Source of the DNA: Candidatus Eiseniibacteriota bacterium
GTDB taxonomy: Bacteria; ARS69
Assembly (NCBI GenBank): GCA_052390515.1
Contig: JBQTGV010000118.1
Span: 1-43,360, forward strand
Reading direction: 5' to 3'
Length of the DNA: 43,360 nucleotides
Numbering within the stretch: position 1 is the stretch's first letter; each line of letters starts with the position of its first letter. Below are positions 1 to 8,998 of this stretch, one piece after another. The translations under genes and the position numbers were made by a program. The notes under the pieces are model-generated. The model saw only the letters and a list, made by a program, of their open reading frames with translations. It made no database searches and was not told the origin of the DNA.

Positions 1-670
1 GCTGGACCGTACCCTGGAGGTCGCGCACCTGTACGAGGACGCGTTGGCGCTGAACCCGCGCGACGGATCGCTCCGCCGCGCCGCGGCCACGCTCCGCACC
101 GTCCTGGGCATCGAGTACTCCAGCAAGGGCTCGTTCACCGCCTCGTACTCGCAGATGCTGCGCGCCGTCGAGACCGACCCGACGTACGCCGAGGGATTCG
201 CCAACCTGGGGCTCCTGCTCATGGACAACGAGGACTTCGACTACGCGCTGGTGGTGACGAACCAGGCGATCGACCTCGCCCCGGACGACGACCTGCTGCA
301 CCACCAGATGGCGCGAATCTGGAAGCGACGCACGTACTTCAACCGGTCGGTCCCGTACTACCGGAAGGCGATGGAGATCAACCCGCGCAACGTCGAGGCG
401 GCGATGGGCTACAGCGACGTGATGCTCTCCATGGAGACCGTCCCCGACATCGCCGGGGGAATCTCGTTCCTGGAGAGGTACCTGGCGATCGAGCCCGAGA
501 ACGAGGAACTGCACTACCGGATCGAGAAGCTGCAGCGCGCGCTCGCGAAGGGGGAGGCGGCGCCTCCGCCGGAGGAGGCCGGGGACCAGACACCGCCGCT
601 CCTGAAGGAGACCGAGGAGGAAGCGCAGGCCGAAGCGCAGGCGCGCGCGGCTTCCGACGACGGCGCCTGA
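1..670 (+). CDS. TPR-repeat protein, C-terminal part (5' truncated by window)
   Basis: Frame is open from position 2 (LDRTLEVAHLYEDALALNP...). TPR-like units such as AVETDPTYAEGFANLG, AIDLAPDD, AMEINPRNVEA and YLAIEPENEE are followed by an acidic low-complexity tail. TGA at 668-670. Confidence 0.8.
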   Translation, partial: LDRTLEVAHLYEDALALNPRDGSLRRAAATLRTVLGIEYSSKGSFTASYSQMLRAVETDPTYAEGFANLGLLLMDNEDFDYALVVTNQAIDLAPDDDLLHHQMARIWKRRTYFNRSVPYYRKAMEINPRNVEAAMGYSDVMLSMETVPDIAGGISFLERYLAIEPENEELHYRIEKLQRALAKGEAAPPPEEAGDQTPPLLKETEEEAQAEAQARAASDDGA

Positions 671-671
671 G

Positions 672-2564
672 TCAGGGGCTCGGACCGAGCTCCTCGAGCG
701 CGCGGCGAAGGATGTCGCGGCTCTCCCGATCCAGCCGGGGCAGGAGGAGCGCGCGCTCCCAGCGCTCGCGCGCCGCCTCGGGACGACCTTCCCGCACGTC
801 GCAAACGCCCAGCTGGAAGTGCGCCTCCGGGTCGAAGGGCGCCGCCTCGAGCACGCGCTCGTATCCCCTGCGGGCTTCCGCCATCCACCCCAAGGTGACG
901 CACGCGTTCGCGTAGCGTACCGCGCGGCGCACCGCGGCCATCGACGGATCCTTCGCTACCATGCGGTGCAGCGGCTCCACCACGAAGGCGAGCGCGTTCC
1001 CGGCCCCCGGCGCCGGACCGCGATCTTCCGCGAGGATCCGCGTCCACGTCGAGTCCGCCGGGCGGAGGTCGGCGCGCGCGGGCCCGAGCGCGCTCTCCAC
1101 GAACAGCACCGCCTCGGGCGAGACGTCGGCGAGCGACCATCTGCGGTCGCGCAGGTGCACGAGCAGGAACGCGGCGTTCCCCCGCGCAGTGTGCTGCAGC
1201 AGCAGAGCCCGCGGCCTCCAGCGCTGCAGCACGCGCTCCCAGACGGCGGGATCCTCGTGCGCACGCACGTAGGTCTCCAGCCACTCCGCTCCGGCGACCT
1301 CCAGCCGCCCGTCGATGAACGAAGGCCGCGACGGCTCGCGCCAGGTCAGGTAGCCGCCGAAGTCGAGATCGTGGAACACGGGCCCGGACACGCCCCACTC
1401 GTCGAGCTCGGCCAGGCTCTCCTCGGGGAAGAGGCCGGCCTCGATCACGAGTCCCGGATCGCGGTAGATCCCGAAGAGCGTGGGCGCGGCTCCGCCGAGC
1501 ACCGCGGTGCCGAGCACGGCCGCGGTCGCCGCCGTGGCCAACCCCGCCGTCGCCCCCGGAAGGGAGACGCGGAATCGGCGCGCCGCCTCGGTGAGGTTCA
1601 CGGCGAGGACCGGCGCAGCGGCGACGGCGAAGAGAGCGACGTTGCGGCGCGCGAGCAGGGCCAGCAGCAGGAACGGCGCGACGGCGAGCAGGCGCGTCAG
1701 CGGCACGCGGGGGAGCAGAGCCGCGAACGACAGCGCGAGCACGCCGGCGAAGATCCAGGCGAAGAGCAGCGCCGGATCCGCCGGCGAATCGAGCGGGCGC
1801 GCGAATTCCAGGATGCGCCCGAAGACGTCGACGTCGCCGCGGATCCGTTCGAGCAGCGTGCGCGGGAACTCCAGCGCGCGCCAGCCCCAGGGGTTGACCA
1901 GGATCGCCGCGGTTCCGGCCACCCCGACGAGCAGCAGCGCGCCGGTGCTTCCGGGCACCACGGCGGGGTCGCGGAGGCGCTCCGGAAGGCGCGGCTCCAG
2001 CGCGTCGAGGAGCGCGTGCAGCAGCAGCACGCTCGCCCCGAGGAACGCCAGCGAGTGCAGGTTCGCCCACAGCGCGAGCATCGGCGGAAGAGCGGAGAGC
2101 AAGCGCCTCCGGCCCGAGCGGACGCGGTGCACCACGAGCAGAGTGACCGCGAGTCCCGCCCAGGAGAGGATCTCGGGGCGGACCTCCATCCGCTCGGCGC
2201 CCGCCAGAAGCGCGAGCGAGGAGGCGAAGCCGGCGGCGGCCGCGGCGGCGCCGGCGGCCCGTGCGGCGTACACCAGGGCGACGGCGGTGAGCATCACGCA
2301 GGCCGCCGCGGCCAGCACGAGGGCGCCCGGTCCGGCCCATTCCCAGAGCCGCACGAGCGCGACGTCGGTCAGCCACTGTAGATTCATCCACTCGTGTGCG
2401 GTGGTCGTGTACGAGAGGACGTCGTGCCTCGGAACCTCGCCGTGCTCGACGATCCACCGGCCGGAGGCCAGATGCCACCACAGGTCCGGCGTGGAGACGG
2501 GATGCAGCGCGCACGCTGCGGCGAGGAAGGAAGCCGCGGCGGCCTGGATCCTGGTGCCGGCCAA
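672..2564 (-). CDS. Multi-pass membrane protein of probable GT-C fold with C-terminal TPRs
   Basis: N-terminal PDLWWHLASGRWI loop, many hydrophobic helices, periplasmic FGGYLTW...FIDGR segment, C-terminal TPR (YERVLEAAPFDPEAHFQLG). Start reassigned to TTG at 2564, just downstream of the dehydrogenase stop at 2573. Confidence 0.7.
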   Translation of the reverse strand: MAGTRIQAAAASFLAAACALHPVSTPDLWWHLASGRWIVEHGEVPRHDVLSYTTTAHEWMNLQWLTDVALVRLWEWAGPGALVLAAAACVMLTAVALVYAARAAGAAAAAAGFASSLALLAGAERMEVRPEILSWAGLAVTLLVVHRVRSGRRRLLSALPPMLALWANLHSLAFLGASVLLLHALLDALEPRLPERLRDPAVVPGSTGALLLVGVAGTAAILVNPWGWRALEFPRTLLERIRGDVDVFGRILEFARPLDSPADPALLFAWIFAGVLALSFAALLPRVPLTRLLAVAPFLLLALLARRNVALFAVAAAPVLAVNLTEAARRFRVSLPGATAGLATAATAAVLGTAVLGGAAPTLFGIYRDPGLVIEAGLFPEESLAELDEWGVSGPVFHDLDFGGYLTWREPSRPSFIDGRLEVAGAEWLETYVRAHEDPAVWERVLQRWRPRALLLQHTARGNAAFLLVHLRDRRWSLADVSPEAVLFVESALGPARADLRPADSTWTRILAEDRGPAPGAGNALAFVVEPLHRMVAKDPSMAAVRRAVRYANACVTLGWMAEARRGYERVLEAAPFDPEAHFQLGVCDVREGRPEAARERWERALLLPRLDRESRDILRRALEELGPSP

Positions 2565-2572
2565 TCGCCGCT

Positions 2573-3709
2573 TCAGGCGGGTGCGGCGGACCGCACGCGG
2601 GACGCGATCGCCCTGGCCATCTCCGTGGTGCTGCTCGAGCCGCCCATGTCGTAGGTCCGCACCTTGCCCTCGGCGAGCACGTCGGCGACCGCCTTGCGCA
2701 CGCGTTCGGACGCCTCCTCTTCGCCCAGCCACTCCAGCATCATCTGGGCGGAAAGGATCATCGCGGTGGGGTTCACCTTGTCCTGACCGGCGTACTTCGG
2801 CGCGGAGCCGTGCGTGGGCTCGAACACGGCGTACTCGTCACCGATGTTCCCGCTCGCGGCGAACCCCAGGCCGCCGACCAGCTGCGCGCAGAGGTCGGAG
2901 ATCACGTCACCGAACAGGTTCGAGCACACCAAGACGCCGTAGTGCTCGGGGTTCTTGATGAGCCACATCGCCATGGCGTCGATGTTCGTCTCCTGCAGCT
3001 CGATGCCCCGGAAGTCCTTGGCCACCTCCCGCGCCACGCGGACCATGAGGCCCGAGGTTTCGCGCAGCACGTTGGGTTTCTCGACCAGCGTGACCGTGGG
3101 GTACCCGCGCTCCTTCGCGTGACGGAACGCGTCGCGCACGATGGCCGCCGCCCCCTGACGCGTGATGATGCGACAGGTGATGGCCATGTCGCCGGCCGCC
3201 ACGGCGTCGAACTTCTTCATCGCCGGGCTGGCGTCGCGCAGGGCGGTGCGGACACCGTTCGGAACGGGGTGGAACTCCACTCCCGCGTACATTCCCTCGG
3301 TGTTCTCCCGGAACACGACCAGGTCGATCCCCTCCCGGAAGTTCAGCGGGTTCCCCGGGAACGCGAAACAAGGGCGCAGGTTCGTGCGCAGGTGGAACTC
3401 CTGCCGCAAGCGCACGATCGGGCTGCGGTACACGAGCCCCTTGCCGCGCAGCTTCGCGTCGAGCGCCGCCTCCGCCTCCTCCTTGGGAAGCGAGGTGATC
3501 GCGCCGAACAGAGCCGCATCCGTCGAGCGGAGCACCGCCAGGGTGCGCTCCGGAAGCGGGTTCCCCTCGGCGCGCCAGAACTCCCAGCCGATGTCCGCGG
3601 GAACGTACTCGGCGTCGAGGCCGACCGCGTCGAGTACGAGCCGGGCCGCCTTCATCACGTCCACTCCGACGCCGTCGCCCGGCATCCATGCGATCCTGTG
3701 CTTGGCCAT
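2573..3709 (-). CDS. Isocitrate/isopropylmalate dehydrogenase family (possibly homoisocitrate dehydrogenase)
   Basis: PGDGVG, RENTEGMY, KPNVL, NLFGDVISDL, FEPTHGSAPKYAG and NPTAMILS motifs. ATG at 3709 (MAKHRIAW), 378 aa. Confidence 0.92.
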   Translation of the reverse strand: MAKHRIAWMPGDGVGVDVMKAARLVLDAVGLDAEYVPADIGWEFWRAEGNPLPERTLAVLRSTDAALFGAITSLPKEEAEAALDAKLRGKGLVYRSPIVRLRQEFHLRTNLRPCFAFPGNPLNFREGIDLVVFRENTEGMYAGVEFHPVPNGVRTALRDASPAMKKFDAVAAGDMAITCRIITRQGAAAIVRDAFRHAKERGYPTVTLVEKPNVLRETSGLMVRVAREVAKDFRGIELQETNIDAMAMWLIKNPEHYGVLVCSNLFGDVISDLCAQLVGGLGFAASGNIGDEYAVFEPTHGSAPKYAGQDKVNPTAMILSAQMMLEWLGEEEASERVRKAVADVLAEGKVRTYDMGGSSSTTEMARAIASRVRSAAPA

Positions 3710-3726
3710 GTGAGAACCCCTCGCGC

Positions 3727-5214
3727 CTACCGCGCGATGATCATCTTGCCGGTCTGCTGGAACCCGTCCGTGGACTCGATATAGAAGATGTAGATGCCCG
3801 GGGCGATATGCTGACCCGCGTCCGACACGAGGTTCCAGGTCGCGCTCGTGGGCGAGGTGCTGATCGACTGACCCGGCCCGTGCTGCAGCGTCGCGACGTG
3901 GTCGGCCGCCTCCGAGAAGATCCGGATGGAGCAGGTCGGCGGCAGGTTGGCGAAGACGATCTTCGCTTCGTCCTCCTCCCAGGCCGCAGACCGCTTGTAC
4001 GGGTTCGGAACCGCGTATGCCACGCGGGAGGAATCCCGGACCGGGATCGCCGGATACACGTTCTGCTCCACCTTGGCCAGCGCGCTTTCGAACACGAGGT
4101 TCTGCCGGTTCCCCAGGAACCCGATGTCGAACGTGGAAACGGCGTAGCGATACGGGAAGTCGTCGTGGAGGTCCCGATCGATGATCCGGAAGGACCGCCC
4201 CGCGGGATCGTAGTCGAGCACGATGCTCAACTCGTCGACCTCGTCGGGGTCGAGGAGATTGAAGTCGAACTTGGACGCGCACTGGCGGATCTCGCCGAGG
4301 AGGGTGAAGTCCTCGACGTCGGGGAGATCGGAACGCCAGACATGGTAGCCCTCGAAGGCTTCCAGGTTCGCCTCGATCTTCGACCCGAGCGGAAACACGT
4401 GGCGGGCGGTCCACGTGGTCGTGTCTCCCGGAGCGGTCGAGCCGAATCCGAAGGTGAGGAACATCCCGTTCATGATCTTCACGGGCACGTTCGCGGTGTG
4501 CACCGTCATCAGGGAGTCGAACGCGGTCACGCCGGGCGGCAACGCGTCGAAGGGGCCGGTGACGCGCACCGCGATGGAGTCCCCTCCGCCGGCGCTGAGC
4601 GAGCCGTTCGACTCCGCCGTCACCATGTAGTTGCGAATGGGCGATGCGCCGGTGTTGAGTCCGGAGATCGTCACCGGGATCGTGCCGAGCGGTCCGCTCG
4701 GCGCGTCGATGTTGGAGCCGGTGACGGTGACGGACAGACCGAGCGCGCCGACCACCTGCGGAACGAGGGGCACGGACACGTTCGGCTGTCGGATATCAAC
4801 GAGTGCCTCCACCAGAGGCGCACCGATGTTGGATGTGTTCGTCCACAGCTGGTACTTGAGGATGACGCGGACGTCGCGGCCGCCGGGCAGCGTGGGAGTG
4901 GGCAGCTGGTCGAAGCCGCCGGTCGGCTCCTTGGTCACGCGCAGCAGGTAGTCGCAGTCCGACTGGTAGATCCCGGTGAGGCTCACTGCGGGGCTCAGCG
5001 AGTCGAACCCGGCCAGGGTGAACCCGGTGACGGCACGCCCGGCGTCTGCCGGGATCTCGCCCCAGGTGAGCACCGCGGTGCGGCTCCCCGGAACCAGGGA
5101 GATCTCGGGTACGGGAAGCTCGATGTTCTGCGCACCGGCCGCCGGAGCGAGCAGCGGCAGGAGCACGCAGATCGCGCGCGCGAGCGACACCGTGGACGCC
5201 GACTTTGGACTCAT
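3727..5214 (-). CDS. Exported beta-rich protein with FN3-like module and T9SS/FlgD-like C-terminal domain
   Basis: Sec signal peptide (ICVLLPLLAPAAGA-Q). FEGYHVWRS...YRYAVSTFD module. C-terminal YAVPNPY...IRIFS...WNL...IAPGIYIFYIE...GKMIIAR. GGAGG upstream. Confidence 0.7.
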   Translation of the reverse strand: MSPKSASTVSLARAICVLLPLLAPAAGAQNIELPVPEISLVPGSRTAVLTWGEIPADAGRAVTGFTLAGFDSLSPAVSLTGIYQSDCDYLLRVTKEPTGGFDQLPTPTLPGGRDVRVILKYQLWTNTSNIGAPLVEALVDIRQPNVSVPLVPQVVGALGLSVTVTGSNIDAPSGPLGTIPVTISGLNTGASPIRNYMVTAESNGSLSAGGGDSIAVRVTGPFDALPPGVTAFDSLMTVHTANVPVKIMNGMFLTFGFGSTAPGDTTTWTARHVFPLGSKIEANLEAFEGYHVWRSDLPDVEDFTLLGEIRQCASKFDFNLLDPDEVDELSIVLDYDPAGRSFRIIDRDLHDDFPYRYAVSTFDIGFLGNRQNLVFESALAKVEQNVYPAIPVRDSSRVAYAVPNPYKRSAAWEEDEAKIVFANLPPTCSIRIFSEAADHVATLQHGPGQSISTSPTSATWNLVSDAGQHIAPGIYIFYIESTDGFQQTGKMIIAR

Positions 5215-5283
5215 CCGATCGAAGCCTCCGAGCCTGGACCTCCCGGCAGGGGCTGGCTAGTGGGAACGACTTCCGTCGCTATG

Positions 5284-7332
5284 TCAAGGGGGGGTCATCA
5301 CTTCGCCGAACTGGGTCAGCACCGCGCGAACCAGTTCGCGGAAGGCAGGCCGCTCCACCCAGTACGGATGCAGACCGACGAACACGGTGTTCCCGTTCGG
5401 GCCGGGCGTGGTCAGTCGACGAACGCCGCAGGCTAGGTTGGTGTCGTTCACAGTGTAGATCACCTCGGTGCCGGAGTTCGGCATGGGAACGATGTCGCGG
5501 TCATAGTACCCGAAGCCGCGCAGCGACGGCCCCTGCGGCCAGGTCAGCGGGTCGAAGACGAGGTCGGGATACTCGGGCACCTGCGACCGGGCCCTCGCCA
5601 GCCGGACTGACGCGAGGCCGCCCGTATTCGTGTTGCCGATGGACTCGTTGACCCGGGCGATTCCGAAGTGCGTCGCCATCCAGTGCGGAGCATAGGTGGT
5701 GTCCGTCAGCGTGATCGAGAACACCACCGGATAGTTCTGCAGCGAGGGGACCGGCTCCTCGACGCGCTCGAAGTAGCGCAGCGCCTGCGACGGCTGGACG
5801 CCGACGAGGAACAGATTCCCGCCGCTGGCCACGTACGAAGGCAGCGGGTTGGGCGGATCCTGGTGGTAGCTGTTGATGACCGCCGCGTCCGCGTCGTTGA
5901 CCGCGCCGCTGAGCAGCCAGACAGTGGACGTCGCGCAGTTCTGGTAGGAGACCGCCACTTCCTCCTGGCCCCGTGTCTCGAACACCTGGTAGCTGTACCC
6001 CTCGAACCAGTAATCGATCAATGCCCGCTCGACGATCGAGTAGTTGATCGGCACCACGCTGCTCTGCTCGAGGGAGCCCACCTCGGTGTCCAGCACCACG
6101 AGGAGGAACTGAGCGGTCTCATCGCAGAACTGCGGGCCGTCGAAGATCTCCAGTCGGGCGGCCAGCGCGGTGACGAAGCCGCCGAGGTCGATGGCGCGGA
6201 CGAAGAACGCGTGCGGCCCCTTGTCCGGGAACCAGAGCGCCTCGGGATCGCCGGGAATCTGAGGCGGCCACTCCGTCGAGCTCAGCGAGAACGGCGACCA
6301 CTCCGAGGTGTCCTCGACCGCGAAGCTGTAGCCGGCGACGGGTGCGCCGCTCTGCCCCGGTACGGCGCGCCAACGGAACCGGAGGCCGCTGCCGGCGATG
6401 ACCCCCCGCGCGTCGGCCGGGCTTCCCGACCCCCACCGCCCGGCGGTGTTGGAGGTCAGGAAGATGCGCGGGCCGTTCAGGTTCGTCTGCACCGAAAAGA
6501 TCCGTGCGTTCTCCGGCACGGTGATGATGCGCTCCTCGGCGCCGGCGTCGTCGACGGCGCGCACCGCGAAGACGTACAGGTTCTGCGCCCCGGTGTCGTC
6601 GAAGATCGGAATCTCCGGATACACGACGGAGTCGACCGGGGTCGCCTCCCAGATCAGCGAGTCCTTGTACTGCCCCGGACCGATGGGCACGTAGGTCAGG
6701 GTGTCGATCCAGCGCAGGAACTTCTGCGTGGTGTACGGGCTCTGCCCGTCCCACACGAACTGCCGGGCGGTGGCCAGCGCGCGCCTGTACGAGACGACCA
6801 CTCCGTCATCGTCCTCGCCGGTCCACTCGAACTCCACCGACGTCCCCCACGATCCACCGCTGCGTGGTCCGAAGTCGATCGTGGTGACCGGAGCGATCGT
6901 CTTCGCGTTGAAGCTGCGGACCGCGGGAGTCGGATCCTCGATGCCGTCGTTGTCCACGGCGCGCACGAAGAACGTGTGGAACTGCTCGTAGATCGAGTCC
7001 CGGTAGTCGGTGCCGAAGTCGGGCAGGGGGTCGACGCAGCAGCTATCCGCGGCCTGGACGATGAAGAGGCTGTCATTCGTGAAGATCGGCGTGAGCCACT
7101 CGTCCGGTGTCTCCCACGCGATCTCGTAGTGGTCGATGAACCCGTCGTCGTCCCATCCGAACCAGAACAGGTTCACCGTGTATCCCGTGTCGGTCGCCTC
7201 CGGCGGGCCCGCGGAGATGCGCGTGTTGGGTTCCAGATTGGGAGTGAAGTCCGTGGGCTCGTCGCCGCAGGACGACCACAGCAGGATGCAGGGGAGGAGC
7301 ACCGCGAGCCGCGGCGCGAAAGGCCGAATCAT
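5284..7332 (-). CDS. Lipoprotein with three Ig/FN3-like repeats and a C-terminal GATase-like alpha/beta domain
   Basis: Lipobox LWSS-C. Repeated W-x-G-x-D-x-D-G ... F-x-VRAVD modules. C-terminal LPSYVASGGNLFLVG. ATGA overlap with the upstream gene. Confidence 0.7.
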   Translation of the reverse strand: MIRPFAPRLAVLLPCILLWSSCGDEPTDFTPNLEPNTRISAGPPEATDTGYTVNLFWFGWDDDGFIDHYEIAWETPDEWLTPIFTNDSLFIVQAADSCCVDPLPDFGTDYRDSIYEQFHTFFVRAVDNDGIEDPTPAVRSFNAKTIAPVTTIDFGPRSGGSWGTSVEFEWTGEDDDGVVVSYRRALATARQFVWDGQSPYTTQKFLRWIDTLTYVPIGPGQYKDSLIWEATPVDSVVYPEIPIFDDTGAQNLYVFAVRAVDDAGAEERIITVPENARIFSVQTNLNGPRIFLTSNTAGRWGSGSPADARGVIAGSGLRFRWRAVPGQSGAPVAGYSFAVEDTSEWSPFSLSSTEWPPQIPGDPEALWFPDKGPHAFFVRAIDLGGFVTALAARLEIFDGPQFCDETAQFLLVVLDTEVGSLEQSSVVPINYSIVERALIDYWFEGYSYQVFETRGQEEVAVSYQNCATSTVWLLSGAVNDADAAVINSYHQDPPNPLPSYVASGGNLFLVGVQPSQALRYFERVEEPVPSLQNYPVVFSITLTDTTYAPHWMATHFGIARVNESIGNTNTGGLASVRLARARSQVPEYPDLVFDPLTWPQGPSLRGFGYYDRDIVPMPNSGTEVIYTVNDTNLACGVRRLTTPGPNGNTVFVGLHPYWVERPAFRELVRAVLTQFGEVMTPP

Positions 7333-8840
7333 GGAGTTGCCTCCTCTCGACGCGCGGCCGGCGAGCGAGGAACTGTCACCGTGATCGTGATCATGTCCGG
7401 CGCCGATTCCCGCACGGAGCCGCTGACGTCCTGCGCCCAGACCTGCAGCGTCACCACGCCGGCTTCCGAGGGCGTGAACGCTCTACGCACGAACAGGCTG
7501 TCCGGATGGAGGCTCGCCGGCTGGGTCCCGGAGATCTGGTCGTTGAACTTCCAGCGGTAGCGCAGGCTCGTAGGATCGCTGTCCTTGTCGTCTCCGTCGA
7601 ACCAGAAGTCGACGGGAGCACCGGTGACCACGTTCTGCTGGTCGGGTCCGGTGAACTGCACCGTCGGCTGGAAGTTCACGTACATGAAAACCGTGTCGGG
7701 GCGCCCTTCGGCGTTCTCGTAGACGTCGATGCCCTTGACCAGGAACGGGATGCCGCGGCCCGTATCGGTGACGTTGAGGCGCTCCGGCGTGGGGCACGTC
7801 GGGCACGGCGCGCCCGGATCCGGCAGCCCGGTCGTGTCCGTGCTCACGCAGCCCGCGGCGGTCTGTCCGTTCAGCTCGCCGAACGTCCAGCTGTAGCGGA
7901 TGATCGGACCGTCGATGTCGGTGGCCGTCCAGCACATCTCGAGGGTGGAGTTGATCGGCAGCGAATCCAGCTCGGCGAGCCCCGGTCCGACCACCAGGTC
8001 GCTGTCCGGGGAGGGTCCGAGCCAGGGCCTCGGCGCGCGGGCGATGATCGAGCTGACGTCGATCGTCGTGAACGGATCGAAGTTCGAGAAGACGCGGATC
8101 CGGGCCACGTTGGAGGACTTCGCCCCGGCATCGTCGACGGCGCGCACCGTGACCACGTGCAGGCCGGGGCTCAGGTCGTCGAACGAACGGCAGACATCGT
8201 CCGCCTCGTGGAACGTCCACGCCGTCTCGTTGTCGAACTTCGACTCCCACCCGACGATGAACCCGTCCTCGTCGCTTCCGCACCAGCAGACCTCGATGTC
8301 GCTGAAGACCTCCACCGTGTCCCCGGAGGTCAGGTCGTTGATCTGGCCCAGCGTGGGGGAGACGGCGTCGACGGTCACGCAGCCCAGGTCGATCAGCGGC
8401 GCCGCGAGCGTGAAGGACTCGAAGCGCAGCGTGTCCGGCGAGGCATCCTGCTTGCCGAGGTCGTCCACCGCGCGGATCAGGAAGAGATGCTCCTTCGCCC
8501 CGATGTCCCCGACCTCGAACCGGAAGATGCTGTCGGTCTCCGTGGTCCACTTCCACGCGCCCGGGTCGGTCGTGTCGTCGACCGCCCAGCGGAACCCTCG
8601 AACGGTGCCATCCACGTCTTCGCCCCGCCAATAGAGATGCGCGCGGTAGTACAGGTCCACGGGATCGTCGGGGTTGGCGGACACATCCGGACCCAGCGTG
8701 ACGAAAGTTTCCGGGGGACGGTTCCGGTCCACGGCGATCGTGTCATCCCGCCTGCACCCGGCCGCGAGGGCGAGCGCGAGCAGAACGAAAAAGGCCACCC
8801 AGTGGAGGCGACCCGGGCCGGCGACGCGCCACAACTCCAT
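7329..8840 (-). CDS. Lipoprotein with four Ig/FN3/PKD-like repeats
   Basis: Lipobox LAAG-C. Modules WRGEDVDG...IRAVDDLG, WCGSDEDG...VRAVDDAG, WTATDIDG...VKGIDV and FDGDDKDSD...VWAQDVSG. Confidence 0.72.
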   Translation of the reverse strand: MELWRVAGPGRLHWVAFFVLLALALAAGCRRDDTIAVDRNRPPETFVTLGPDVSANPDDPVDLYYRAHLYWRGEDVDGTVRGFRWAVDDTTDPGAWKWTTETDSIFRFEVGDIGAKEHLFLIRAVDDLGKQDASPDTLRFESFTLAAPLIDLGCVTVDAVSPTLGQINDLTSGDTVEVFSDIEVCWCGSDEDGFIVGWESKFDNETAWTFHEADDVCRSFDDLSPGLHVVTVRAVDDAGAKSSNVARIRVFSNFDPFTTIDVSSIIARAPRPWLGPSPDSDLVVGPGLAELDSLPINSTLEMCWTATDIDGPIIRYSWTFGELNGQTAAGCVSTDTTGLPDPGAPCPTCPTPERLNVTDTGRGIPFLVKGIDVYENAEGRPDTVFMYVNFQPTVQFTGPDQQNVVTGAPVDFWFDGDDKDSDPTSLRYRWKFNDQISGTQPASLHPDSLFVRRAFTPSEAGVVTLQVWAQDVSGSVRESAPDMITITVTVPRSPAARREEATP

Positions 8841-8882
8841 GAAAAATCGTCAGTTAGGGGACTGGTGAAAAAGAGCCTACGT

Positions 8883-8911
8883 ACCTTACCAAGAGGACCC
8901 CAGGGTGTCAA
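8883..8911 (-). promoter_or_regulatory. Sigma70-type promoter TTGACA-N17-TAAGGT for the lipoprotein operon
   Basis: Perfect -35 at 8911-8906, 17-nt spacer, -10 at 8888-8883, in an AT-richer gap upstream of the ATG at 8840. Confidence 0.7.
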
Positions 8912-8998
8912 GCGTGGCAACCTCAGCTCGGCAGGACGCAACTCCTTGTGGATTCGAGAGATAGACCGATCCGGACAAGCAGCTGAGCGGCGCCGGCC

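Noticed and set aside
5259-5287. Third TTGACA upstream of 3727-5214, plus a small GGAA-loop hairpin
   Set aside because: TTGACA overlaps the upstream stop codon and has no acceptable -10 at 16-18 nt. The hairpin is short and lacks a U-tract.
8939-8948. IHF-like CAAnnnnTTG core (also at 11311-11320)
   Set aside because: Only a partial match to WATCAANNNNTTR, at inconsistent distances from the promoters.
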